Part shown: one piece after another, positions 35,981 through 47,315 of the stretch | How the letters are laid out: each line of letters begins with the position of its first letter | How positions within the stretch are numbered: the first letter of the stretch is position 1 | Source: Oopsacas minuta | Taxonomy: Eukaryota > Animalia > Porifera | Direction of reading: 5' to 3' | Length of the DNA: 64,000 bases | NCBI GenBank assembly: GCA_024704765.1 | Contig: JAKMXF010000022.1 | Coordinates: 1-64,000 of the forward strand | The notes under the pieces: model-generated | What the model saw: only the letters and a program-made list of their open reading frames with translations | Database searches by the model: none | What the model was told of the DNA's origin: nothing | Made by a program: the position numbers and the translations under genes

Positions 35981-37093
35981 TCAATTTATACATAGCCTGT
36001 CATTAGGAATTCTTTGAACAGAGAGAGATAGGTCTAACAGACTTTTGATCTTCTCAACAATCTCAACATGTGTAGAGTTGGCTACACCTTGTCCATTCAT
36101 CTCACCAGGATATCTCCTATTCGTAGCTCGCTGTTATGAGCAGGTGAATCCTCGTTAATTCGACCTACAACTGAGCTTATAATAAGGGGTTAAGACAGGC
36201 CCGGATCGAGGGGGCCTGCGACCACTGGTGATGCAGGTGCCCCAAAATAATGAGGCAAGGACTGTACCTAGGGGTGGGCTAAAGGGTCGGTTTCCCAGGG
36301 CGGCACTCTCAGCACGCCATACATCAGAGTAATCTTAAGTTATTAATTAAGGTACGAAGAAGAGTGGGGCACAAATGCAGCAAAATATTCCAAACCAAAT
36401 GTGTATCACGCAGTTTTTAAGAAATTAACTCAAGAAAATATTAAATACGTACAAATTGTAGTCTGTTTATTGATATCTGACATAAGGACAAATCCAAAAC
36501 TCTGTCCTTCCCTCCTTCTCAAATTAATAACTTTTTTATCGAATCTAAAGAATAAATAACGGAAAACAGAGAATGCAAACTATGCTGTTAGAGTTGTATT
36601 ATAACTAACTGAGAATTGGAAGACAATCTCACTACACAAAGTGTATCCAGCTCTCTAACGAAAGGCTCCAGGTTCCATAGGAGATGAACTATCTTCGGAA
36701 TTTCTATAAAGGTTTTATACTAACACGATTTTAGATTTTAATTTGAATAAACTATTATTACTCACTAGCGTCCTGCTCCTCTAATTTATTTTTCTCTCTT
36801 TCAAGATCAACAACGGTTTTATCCAATAAATTCAAAACAAGATTCTCTTTGAATATATTCTCTAGAGAAGCTCTGCCTATCTCCAGCTGTTCAATACTAC
36901 GTAACAATCCTCTATGAGAATTATAAGCCGCTGTAACTATATCATCCAGCTGTACATAGATACTTCGTTCCTTTCTAGAAAGGTTTGTTCTTAACATATC
37001 AAATTGTTTCTTAACTTCTTCCTTCTTGTCTGTTACCAAAACTCTAAGTCTCTCAATATCTGGGTGCATGTGTGTGTCTATTGCTGTAGCCAT
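35981..37093 (-). CDS. Coiled-coil module plus PDZ domain, 4 exons; 1-nt frameshift in the last exon
   Basis: Exons 37093-36766, 36703-36610, 36544-36453 and 36164-35981 give LRRREGQSFGFVL..ICRINEDSPAHNSELRIGDILV/EMNGQGVANSTHVEIVEKIK, a PDZ fold. The ORF track shows only exon 1. Confidence 0.8.
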
Positions 37094-37323
37094 TAGAATC
37101 AGCTGAGCTACGATTTCAAATATTATTATTTACAACTGGAAATTGTTGAGTTAAAATGTTGCATGTAAAAAGTATCTAAAATATACAAATCTAATGAAAA
37201 TAGATACAAAATCACAAGTATACAACTAATATACACATAATCGCAAAAGTTAAATATCAATCCGGCATGTGTGACCACTTAGATGTTGTAGAAGTGAGTA
37301 TTTACAGATATGATTGAATTCAC

Positions 37324-39502
37324 TTAGGGAATGGAGCCTTAGGAGGAGGGGGTTTGTTAAAAAAGCTCTGAAGAGTAATCTCTTTCTCTTCAAGTAATTT
37401 CTTTAACTTACTAATCTCTTCACACAGAGCTTCATTTCTTGCAATCTTTGCTGTATTAAGCTCTTTCTCCTTTAGCAGTTCTCCTTCTACCTAAATGACC
37501 ACAAATGAATTACTAAAGTTTCGTAATGCTGGTAAAACAAACAATTAAGACCTGTCTTATGTTTTCACTAAGTTTTCTGTTTTTCTCCCCAGTAGCTTCA
37601 ACTTCACAACTGTGTTGTTTTCTCAGTGTTTGTATTTCTTCCCTGCAGTCATCTAACTCTAATTTGTGTTGATTTCTTAGAGCTTCATTATTTTCTCTGG
37701 TTTTGTCTAAATCAGATTCGTGCTGTATTTTCAAAATCTCTATATCAGCAGTTCCTTTAGCCAGCTGACCCCGTACATCTGAGAGAGTGTTCTCATATTC
37801 ATGGATTTGACCGTGTAGAGTGTTAATGTCTCTGTCCTAATGAATAACATATAAGACATGTTACTCAATATATGTTTATGCACGATAAGGATAATTCTAA
37901 CTTTTTCTTGAATCAATCTATTATATTTATAAATATATTGTTTGAGATTGTCTACAGTACCAATGTACTCTCCTCTTTCAAGACAATCTAACTCTCTGCA
38001 CAATGCTGTCAGCTGAGTACTTAGAGACTCTGTTACAGATAAGTTAGATTCTCTACCGCTACCTGATCCTACCTAAAACAGTTCAATGATCAAACACACA
38101 TTGATAATGAATAATAAATATATGAAATCTCACAGAAGATTTTGCATGAATAGAAGTTTCACAGTCTCTATAGTTATTGTCCTCAGAACTTGAAGAAGAA
38201 TTGGATTCATAAACATTTAATTGGGAGAGATTAGACTCGGGAAATGTACCAGTGGCGAGAGTATTGGGTCTCGAGTACTGCTTGGTAGCGGAATTGGGTG
38301 CCTGGGGAAAGGGTGAGGTATTAATTTCCCTATCTCTATCTCTTGACATTTGAATAGGAACATTTTTATTTATTATGGTTCGACGAAGATGTTCGTTTTC
38401 GTATTTGAGATGAATAACTTTCTTGTTCAACAGCTGTTTGTCACTATAACACAATAGAGTATTCAAATACATATAATTATATTTTAAAGTTGACATTAAT
38501 AGCTTACTCTTGTAAATCAGATACCGTATTATTTCTGATGTCCAATTCCCCTAGTAGCTGTGTCAGCTGTTCCTCCAGATGTTCTCTAGGTAGTTGTATG
38601 AACTCAGGTGGAACAGATATACTCCTAAGTCTGGTGGAGGTATCAGGATTCGTGAGATGTGGAGTGACCATGCTACCCTGATGCTTTGATAGAATAGAAA
38701 TTGTTCTCATAAAACTTACAATCCAACCCTGACGGTCAAAAGGAGTTTTAGCACTTAGTAAGATAGCCTATAATAATTTGATAATTAATTAATTAACACC
38801 TCACAACACCTGGTAAAAGCAACATACTACAGTAGGTTGATTTAAGAATTCAATCTTAAACGGAAATGTATTATTCTTCCCTCTGACATCGGCCAGGTCC
38901 TGTACTCCCTTACAGGGTAACAAGCTATAACTGAGATCTAATTGATCTCTGGATTGATTGCTATAAATACGAAATTGTCCCTCTGTCATTTCACAGAATT
39001 TCTCTTTGCTGAAAACCTCCAGACGCTGAGTTTGTAGAAATCCTGCACGAGTAGGTAAACTGTCTATTACGTGATCTGGCAGCACCTTATACACAGGTCT
39101 AACAGAATAATAATTAAAATACTCTATCAAACGAATAAACTATAAAGTATATAGTACATACCTAGCATCTATGGGGTAGTCTTTATATCTAGGTACGTGT
39201 TTCTGTATAGCTGTACACCATGAGTCGATATCTGCCCTACTCTCTGCTCTCAAGTATAGAGTTCTCTTAATGACTGGGTTAAACAGTGCGATTGAATAGA
39301 GACAATTGACTCTCTCCTCAGCATCTATAATCTCTTCAACTTCACTCAGTCTGATTAGACCCAGCACTGTGTCATGAGTACTGGATTTAGAATAAGCAAG
39401 ATCTCCATTGTCGAATAAATCAAAATGTCTTCTCTTCCAACGGAGGAATCTATTCGTAAAGTTTGGAGGAGTCTTGTATAGCCATCCAGATTTTATCGCC
39501 AT
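37324..39502 (-). CDS. Tandem PH-PH plus C-terminal coiled-coil protein (MPRIP/TRIOBP-like layout), about 8 exons
   Basis: KSGWLYK..WKRRHF..WC PH1; RAGFL..FKIEF..DRQGWI PH2; heptad C-terminus. Phases checked through the stop. Confidence 0.75.
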
Positions 39503-39733
39503 TATTCTTATCAATTAATCAATTACCATCTATTGTCTATTTATTCATTCTTATATTATCCATTAGGATAAGATATAGAAAATTTGACTACATAATAATG
39601 TGTAGCATACATATAATGAATTTAATGATTTAGCTTAGCTAATACACATTATAGATTATTCAGAGGGATTCATTAATTTGAAGAATTTCTATATTCTGGT
39701 AGATATTCTTACAAAATTAAAGTAAACAATTAC

Positions 39734-40705
39734 CTAATTGTAAAGTGTAGGCTTATGTGTACCAAGAGGGGCTCTCACTCTAACTGCTACGATTCTCTTA
39801 GGAGGTATAGTAGAGGATATAGCATGTAACCAACTATTACAAAGAATGAATTTGGACAACATGTAAAAGATCTGATTAACCGGAATAGGTCGGGGCATAT
39901 CTTGTATTATATATTCATCTAATGGGAGCCTAGCGTGTCTCACTCCAGCATCAATAGCAGCTGTGAGACTAGCACCCTTAATATTCCTCCTGCTGTCTAC
40001 CAGACCACCTATAACATACACTAGAGAAGGGTCAATTGTCTCAAGAACATTATCAGAATCACCACTCAAATATACAATCTCTTTTCTATTGAAAACCTCA
40101 GTTAAATATAGAGAAGAAACGTGAACACTATCCTCTCTTAGTTTCTTTCCCCGATGTAATAAGTGATCCCTAATACAGCCCTGATAATTAGTTATGTGTA
40201 ACTGTACTGGTGTAGGACTTATACTGTTGGATTTAAGTATGTGTAACATCTGTTTAGCATTTTGACTCATTTCTATTGAAGTCATAAGATGGGAATAACT
40301 GTAATCAATCGCGATTCTATGAGGAAGAGCATTACAATCTAATAAATTGTATCTAAATAATCTACGTTTCTTCTCCTTAGTAGGTTGACTAGCCAAATCT
40401 GTTGCTTCATTAGACTCTAAGGCTAGTTTATCATACTTCTCCTTTCTTAAAAGTTTCTTCCTGTGAAAATTGAACACCCCCTTCATGAAATTCTTAGACA
40501 TTTGTGCGGGATCTACATTGTACAGATAGTAAGGACTGTTGATAGGGATTCTACTAGCATCTTCTGGAAGAATTCTGTAATCTGGAAGGTCAATAGTGGA
40601 ATTATCTGATGGTTTTGTTGCTGTCACGTCTGTATTTATGGTTGATAAAAACCGCGAATTATTGAGTTGAACACCATTAATAATACAAATAGAATGGCGT
40701 ATCAT
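39734..40705 (-). CDS. TRMT10C: tRNA m1R9 methyltransferase, probably mitochondrial TRMT10C/MRPP1
   Basis: SPOUT motifs VYLSGDS, VYVIGGLVD and ARLPL; mitochondrial-type N-terminus. Confidence 0.8.
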   Translation of the reverse strand: MIRHSICIINGVQLNNSRFLSTINTDVTATKPSDNSTIDLPDYRILPEDASRIPINSPYYLYNVDPAQMSKNFMKGVFNFHRKKLLRKEKYDKLALESNEATDLASQPTKEKKRRLFRYNLLDCNALPHRIAIDYSYSHLMTSIEMSQNAKQMLHILKSNSISPTPVQLHITNYQGCIRDHLLHRGKKLREDSVHVSSLYLTEVFNRKEIVYLSGDSDNVLETIDPSLVYVIGGLVDSRRNIKGASLTAAIDAGVRHARLPLDEYIIQDMPRPIPVNQIFYMLSKFILCNSWLHAISSTIPPKRIVAVRVRAPLGTHKPTLYN

Positions 40706-40906
40706 TTATCAATTTTTCATATTTGCTATAATTGCCACAAAATTTGAAAAAATGCGAATAATAACTCGTAATAAAATGTACAGAAGAAAATCGCAAAAGA
40801 CTCAAATAAGAACAAGTTCGAACAAGTAAATCAAGTCTTATAAATAGTAAATATTCGCGAAGAAAACGTAAATACTTAGATACATAACCGGGAGTTTCGC
40901 ACAGAA

Positions 40907-42087
40907 TTATACAGCATTCCCGAACACGGTATTGAACTGACTACTAACTCGAATAAATGTAGTTCTCTTGGAAATTTCCTTCAGTTTAGCAGCTCCTACA
41001 TAAGTACATGCAGAACGGACTCCACCAAGAATGTCCTTGATTGTATCAGAGACATCTCCTCTATAAGGAACTTCTACTTCCTTCCCCTCACTGGTAGCAT
41101 AGTCAGGCACACCTCCGCTATGTTTCGTATGAGCAATTCCACTGCTCATTCCATAAAACACTCGATATTTCTTACCGTCTTTCTCTACCAACATTCCGCC
41201 AGATTGCTCGTGTCCTGCAAACATACCTCCTGCCAAACAGAGAGTATTATAAATAATAATAATAATAATAATAATATTCAATTAAATTACAAGTACTATA
41301 CTCACCTAGCATAACGAAGTCTGCTCCAGCTCCAAACGCCTTAGCTACATCACCCGGACAGACACACCCTCCATCTGATATAATATGTCCTCCTAGCCCG
41401 TGAGCAGCATCAGCACACTCTAGTACAGCACTCAGCTGGGGATATCCTACACCTGTCTTGATGCGAGTAGTGCAAACAGATCCTTGACCAATACCCACCT
41501 ACAAAATTACAGAAATATACCAATGAAATAACTAGTAATAATTATTATAGTAATACCTTTATAATGTCAGCACCAGATAGAATCAGTTCTTCTACCATTT
41601 CTCCTGTAACTACGTTACCAGCCATTATGGTATGCTTAGGAAACTCTCCGCGAACTAACTTAACAAACTCTACAAAATGCTCTGAATAGCCGTTAGCTAC
41701 ATCAAGACAGATGTACTTGATATCTGGGATTGCACCAATGATACTCCTCATGTTCTCCAGCTCTCCCTTATTAGTACCAGAAGTAACAGCTACATAGGGT
41801 AATGCTTCAGGACACTTCTTGGAGAATGTGATCCATTCTTCTAAGCCAAAATGTTTGTCAATAGTAGTGAAACATTTATGCTTACTGAGAGCAACAGCCA
41901 TCTCAAATGTACCAACAGTATCCATGTTACTTGCTATAATAGGAATTCCTTCATAATTCAGTTTAGAATTTCTAAATACATAGCTCCTTTCTAGCTGTAC
42001 ATCAGCACGAGACTTCAGTGTGCTACGCTTAGGACGCAACAGAACATCTTTGAAATCTAGCTTTACGTCTTGATCAATTCGAGGCAT
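40907..42087 (-). CDS. GMPR: GMP reductase, 3 exons (42087-41557, 41498-41306, 41229-40907)
   Basis: [43 protein letters not shown] and GGVRSACTY motifs. Confidence 0.96.
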
Positions 42088-42244
42088 TGCAATCAGCTGA
42101 TATAATTACGTCATAAGATTAATAAGATTTGTTTGTTAGAAATAATTAAAGAATAAATAGAATTTACTGAGTTACAAATTGGAAATATAAATATAAAATT
42201 GAACTATTCGTAGATATGATATAGGCTAATAGGAATGCAGATAG

Positions 42245-44661
42245 TTAGGTGGGTAGGGAGGAGTGCCCCTCTAATTCCCGATAACCCCCTGATGATAGGT
42301 AGCTTCGTTCATAGTGTACAGTACAATAGTAGTTATCAGCAATGGTAGCGAAATTAGTTGGAGAGAGGGTAACCTGACATACACAACACCTGAAGCACCA
42401 GCGATGAAAGGCTTTATCAGTAGCTCCCACATACTCCACTTGATATACCTGTTTACCACATACAGCGCATAGGTTATGTCCGTACTGTTGAGTACCTACA
42501 CCAAATTTACGGTGCTTACCAGGGGGACTACCCCCTGCTCGCTGTACTCTTGGACTGACAGGAGGAGTTCGTATGAATGTTTCTTTTCTAATATTTCCAA
42601 TATCTCCTTTCAATAGAGTTATAATAGTATTGTCATTTACACCCTGAAATAGGACCTCTCCATCGTAGGACACGATACCCAACTTCTTAGCAGTTTTTAG
42701 GATTCCAGTAAGAGCATCGAATTTGTTAGCAGTCTGAGTGAACAGATAACCAAATTCTATCTGTGTTTGTCCTCCAGAAACAATATTTCCAAGAGATAAG
42801 ATCTCTTCAATTAGCTTCTCTACCTCTCCACTCACCCAGTCAACAGCCTTCTGTACACGGTCTTGTTTAGCCTCCTCTGAGGGGTCCTCACCCTTCACAA
42901 CCTCTCTCTCCTGAGCTGAGGATAAAGGGGGAAGTGAACGGGATGCATCTGTAGTAGTAACAGCTGATTCTGGAGGTGTAACAGCTAATTCTACAGCTGT
43001 AGCGCTGTTAGAGAAACTGAAAGGAGCCTCACTAGCGAGAGGAGATTTAGAGGGGACAGAAGGAACAGGTCTGCGCCAGGATTGAGAGGGACGTACTTCA
43101 TCCATGGTATCAGCTACCTGTATAGACTCCATGCGCTTAGAAGCAAATGAAGGACGTTTCTTGTAAAGATACTCTTCTGATCGAATATCATCCTCTTTAT
43201 CTACAGAGTTATCCAGCTGTGAGGTAGGGGGATCTAACTCCTGACCTGAGTAGCTACTCAACACCTTCTTTAGTTCATTCAGACTCTCTTCTTGGAGTAA
43301 TATTACTTCCCTAGATACATCCTTGGAGGCTAGGAATGCATGAGGAGGAGGGATCACTGGATCCGATTGAGGGGGTTGCTTTTGGGATTGCTGGAGGGGT
43401 ACGGGCTCTTCTTGGACCGGAACGGGGGAGATAAGGGGAGTGTCGACCAGCACCTGTAGGCTGCATTCTCTCTTTTATAGAAGCAAGATTAGAGGAAGGA
43501 GACACAAGTTTGGGTCCTGGAAGGGGAGGTGAGGGGGGAGGAGTGTCGATACGTCTCATAAACTGATCCGGAATCCTGATACGCTGTGGCTTCCTAGAGA
43601 TATTTCATCATCAAGATACCAGGACAATGAATAAGTACACTATTTTACCTGCTAATACGCTGTAGATCAGCAGCTGTTCGCATAGGTAACTCATGCTGTG
43701 TAGCCAGCTGTCTAAACCTCTCCATCTTCCTTATGAAATCTTTCTCCTCTTCTTCCTCCTCGCGCTTCTTAGCAAGGAATAGTCCAGCCTGTGTGGGCTT
43801 AGGCTGAGAGTGTGATGTCTTTCTCTGTCGCTCAATCGTCCCAGGGAGAAGTGATCCTGGTCTGGGCTGAAAAGTAAAGGAACCATGTTCCTCTATCGGA
43901 GACTGCACGTACTTTTCAAAATCACCACGAGATTTTGAGTGTCTCCTTTTCAGTGTGACTACAGTAGAGCTGGCATCAGATAGACGCTGAACTCTCTGCG
44001 ATAGAGGTTCCATCTCATCAGGATCTCCGAAGTTCTGTACCCTAGAGAGAGAGGGGGAGGGCTGTGCGCCAAAAAGTGTAGCTAACTGAGCTCTAGCCAT
44101 GACGCTCTTGCGACGTCTGTAAGATTCTAAGATAGCCTCCTTGTCCTCTGCCTCCATTCCTCTCCCATCTCCACCTCTCATGTCCTGTACACTCGTGATT
44201 GGACCCTCCCCACTCAAGAGCTTACTCTTCTGAGACCCCAGGGTCCAGTTAGAATTGAAAGCAAATTTATCAGCAACAGAGTGCAGAGCTTCGTCCCAAG
44301 CACTAAGGTGAGTTGAATCAGCTGTGTAGTAGAAATGGCGCTTCTTTCTAACCAGGATACAGAGCTTTCTATCATTTTGTAGTCCACGGGGCCATTTGAC
44401 ACCTTTAAGCTCAGCAACAGGATCTCCAGTCCGGATTCGAATCGAGGGATCAGCAATATCTAGCCTGAGAATGTGGTTCTTAGAAGAGGCGTGTCTGTAG
44501 CAGTATAAGACGCCCTCTGATTTGAGGACCCAGAATCTGTTCCGCCATATTGATGGGAGGAGAGGACGATGTTGTAAATTGGTAAGAAAGCCAGAGAGGA
44601 CAACTGACTGCTCCTCAGTTTCTTCAATAGACTTTACTTGTGTAGTCTTAGAATCTGTCAT
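42245..44661 (-). CDS. PH, proline-rich, Costars and LIM domain protein (probably one gene)
   Basis: PH in ORF 43645-44661, then a 55-nt phase-2 intron (43594-43648). Costars motif FGYLF..LTGILKTAKKLGIVSYDGEVLFQGVNDN and LIM CAVC..FHRWCFRCCVC..C..H. The junction near 43454-43505 is uncertain. Confidence 0.75.
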
Positions 44662-45090
44662 TCATTCGCTGTGTGAGGTACATCAGTGTTTGCTCAATAA
44701 ATACTCGATAGGAGAATGAATGATGCTAATAATACATAATAGCAATGTTGTTGTTAGGTTTCCCTTGTTAGCATATTTATCTTCTTATTTATTGGAAAAT
44801 ATTGCGTAAAAATTGAACATGTTGTATTTGACTATGCAACCAGCTTGCAAATTCCAACAAAGTTGAATACAATTTCATTAATTAACGTAGTGAAAAACTG
44901 GACTTTTCAATACCTCACAATTTCGTTGAATGGAAAATTCGACACACAAAAATGTAACTTCGTTGCAAACAACACTGTCGTATCGGTCTAAGGAGCTGAA
45001 AGAAAGTATGAGAGCTAAATTCATTTCTTGTATAAATAAATCTGTTCATTTAAAATCGAATACTAGTTACAACTAAAGTGAATGGCTGAA

Positions 45091-47133
45091 TTATTTAAAA
45101 ACAGTAGTTAAGTGACGCATAGTTGGTCTGCCATGTGGACACTGCCATGGTTGTTCCATTTGTGCCATATTTCTTACAATCCTTTCCATTTCCTTTAGGG
45201 ACAAAGCTGTACCGATCATAACTGCACTCCTACAGGCTCTAGAAGCAAACATGGATCTTATCTTAGAGGGTCTACACAGCACTCCAGGCCTGTCCTGTAG
45301 CAGGAGTGCCATCTCTTCTATCTCATCTTCTCCAAATATCCAACCTTTAGACATCGGAAGAGTACGTAACTTCAATCTGTGAGTAGGAGAGCTATGCTCG
45401 TCTACTGCAATATCAAACCCATTCATCTCATAAGTATTCATATTATCCATAATAACCAACTCTGTTACTACTGACATTTCTAAAGGGAGAGGGGTAATGA
45501 GAGGTTGTGAGGTGATATGTTCTGTTGTTTGTAACACCTCAAAACGATATTTCTCATCTGTAGCGTGTTGGTCTATTATAAACAGATGACTCCCTAGTCT
45601 AGTTATTATAAACCCCAAGTTAAACTGACCTACAACTTCCATCAAGTTAAAAGAATCCTTTGACAGTTCTTTTCTAAGTTCAGCCTCTGCTTTATCGTTA
45701 TGTTCTGGATTTATTCGAGCAGAAAATATATTATCAAAGCTCTTACGATTATAATTAACGTTAGAATTAATAGCATTCCTAATATCCACAATATCAACAG
45801 TAACTATAGACTCTCTACTAACTCTCTGGGTTGCTGTATCCATTATATACATTGAGTACTTTACAGGAGCTGTACAGCTAGGAAGATCTATGGTATGATG
45901 TATAGGTTTTGAGTGTTTGTTTGGAGATATGTCTCTAAAAGACTTGAGGTGTGTGGAAAATGCATTTCTACGTGGACTAGTCCTGTTATAGTTTCTATTT
46001 TGTTTATTCAAATTAGTAGGAGACTTATGAGATAGTTTACACTGAGCAGTGAGATTAAGACAAGTACTGAATGTAGTTATGTAGTGAAGGAATAGTTTAG
46101 CAATACTAGAACGTATAATATCAAATACGAGCTGTTCAGAATGCAATAGAATTGATCTCTTGTCTGGAGTGAGATTAACATCAAGCTGGTTAGCTTTTGT
46201 ATAAATACTCAGGATTACGAATGGATAATGGTTTCTATCATATTCATGATATAACTCATTTAATAGTCTTGATAGAGCTGAGTAATCACATGGACGGGAA
46301 TTGAGGAAGAAGAACTGTCTATCACTGTTACTTCTACCAGACCCAGGTTCTGGAGAAGATATGTAACCAGTTAACTCAATCTGATCAAACAACTCATAGC
46401 TAATATGTGTACTATTACTAGTGACGTCATTATATTCACACTTTGTTACAGGGATTAAAGATTTACTGCTCTTCGTACCAAAAATAGAGATTAGAACATC
46501 TTTCATACTATTTGTCTCTGTAGTGTTAATTACAAGAGACTTCTCCTTTTTTGTAGTAAGGAAACATTGAAATCTAACATCAGGTCTAATGATACAATAA
46601 CCGTAGAGTATTTGTAATAGTTTATTGAATTCTCTCTTAATATTCTTCATCAGCTCTATCCTCCTGACTGGCATATGTAGAAATATTTTCTTTATAGATA
46701 CTCTGGTGCCTATTTGTGCAGCACAAGGAGAGCTGTTAACTAACTCCCCAGAAGAGTTATACTCTAGACAACTCCCGACATCTTGTGATGCGTGATGAGT
46801 GACAATTGACATATCACTGACAGCACACATACTGCTCAAAGCTTCCCCTCTGAATCCAAAAGTTTCTAGCTCCTGTAAATCTGAGAATTCAGTGAGTTTA
46901 GAAGTAAAATGCTTGAGACAAATTGTTGAGAAATTTTGCGGTAGAATTCCTTCACCATTGTCAACTACTTCGATTGATTCACTCCCGTAATTATCAAGAT
47001 ACACTTCTATAGCGGTAGCCTTTGCATCCAAACTATTCTCAATCAATTCCTTTAGGGTAGCAGACAGACTAATGATAACCTGACTAGAACATATTTGTTG
47101 TACTGCATCTCTTGAGAGAGGTTTGATTGACAT
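45091..47133 (-). CDS. PMS2: Mismatch repair endonuclease PMS2, intronless, short linker
   Basis: GHKL motifs (KELIENSLDA, DNGEGI, TFGFRGEALSS); DQHATDEKYRFE, ACR and CPHGRP motifs. Confidence 0.96.
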   Translation of the reverse strand: MSIKPLSRDAVQQICSSQVIISLSATLKELIENSLDAKATAIEVYLDNYGSESIEVVDNGEGILPQNFSTICLKHFTSKLTEFSDLQELETFGFRGEALSSMCAVSDMSIVTHHASQDVGSCLEYNSSGELVNSSPCAAQIGTRVSIKKIFLHMPVRRIELMKNIKREFNKLLQILYGYCIIRPDVRFQCFLTTKKEKSLVINTTETNSMKDVLISIFGTKSSKSLIPVTKCEYNDVTSNSTHISYELFDQIELTGYISSPEPGSGRSNSDRQFFFLNSRPCDYSALSRLLNELYHEYDRNHYPFVILSIYTKANQLDVNLTPDKRSILLHSEQLVFDIIRSSIAKLFLHYITTFSTCLNLTAQCKLSHKSPTNLNKQNRNYNRTSPRRNAFSTHLKSFRDISPNKHSKPIHHTIDLPSCTAPVKYSMYIMDTATQRVSRESIVTVDIVDIRNAINSNVNYNRKSFDNIFSARINPEHNDKAEAELRKELSKDSFNLMEVVGQFNLGFIITRLGSHLFIIDQHATDEKYRFEVLQTTEHITSQPLITPLPLEMSVVTELVIMDNMNTYEMNGFDIAVDEHSSPTHRLKLRTLPMSKGWIFGEDEIEEMALLLQDRPGVLCRPSKIRSMFASRACRSAVMIGTALSLKEMERIVRNMAQMEQPWQCPHGRPTMRHLTTVFK

Positions 47134-47315
47134 TTCATCAAATTGTTATTATGATAATATTCGTGTACTAACAGAGTTAATTAATACATACCTAACTACC
47201 ATGAGAGTTACTAAGGACTAGTTAAGGTCTATTTAATCTCATAAATTAAACAAGAGAGTATAAATACGTACATACAGAATATATTCGTATAGTCAGCTGA
47301 GTGATGGGGTTGTCA

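Noticed and set aside
36196-36325. GC-rich intronic insert with a hAT-like start CAGGCCCGGATCGAGGGG
   Set aside because: No matching second terminus or 8-bp TSD seen.
41480-41498. GMPR GQGSVC in place of GPGSVC
   Set aside because: This position varies across the IMPDH/GMPR family and the catalytic Cys is intact.
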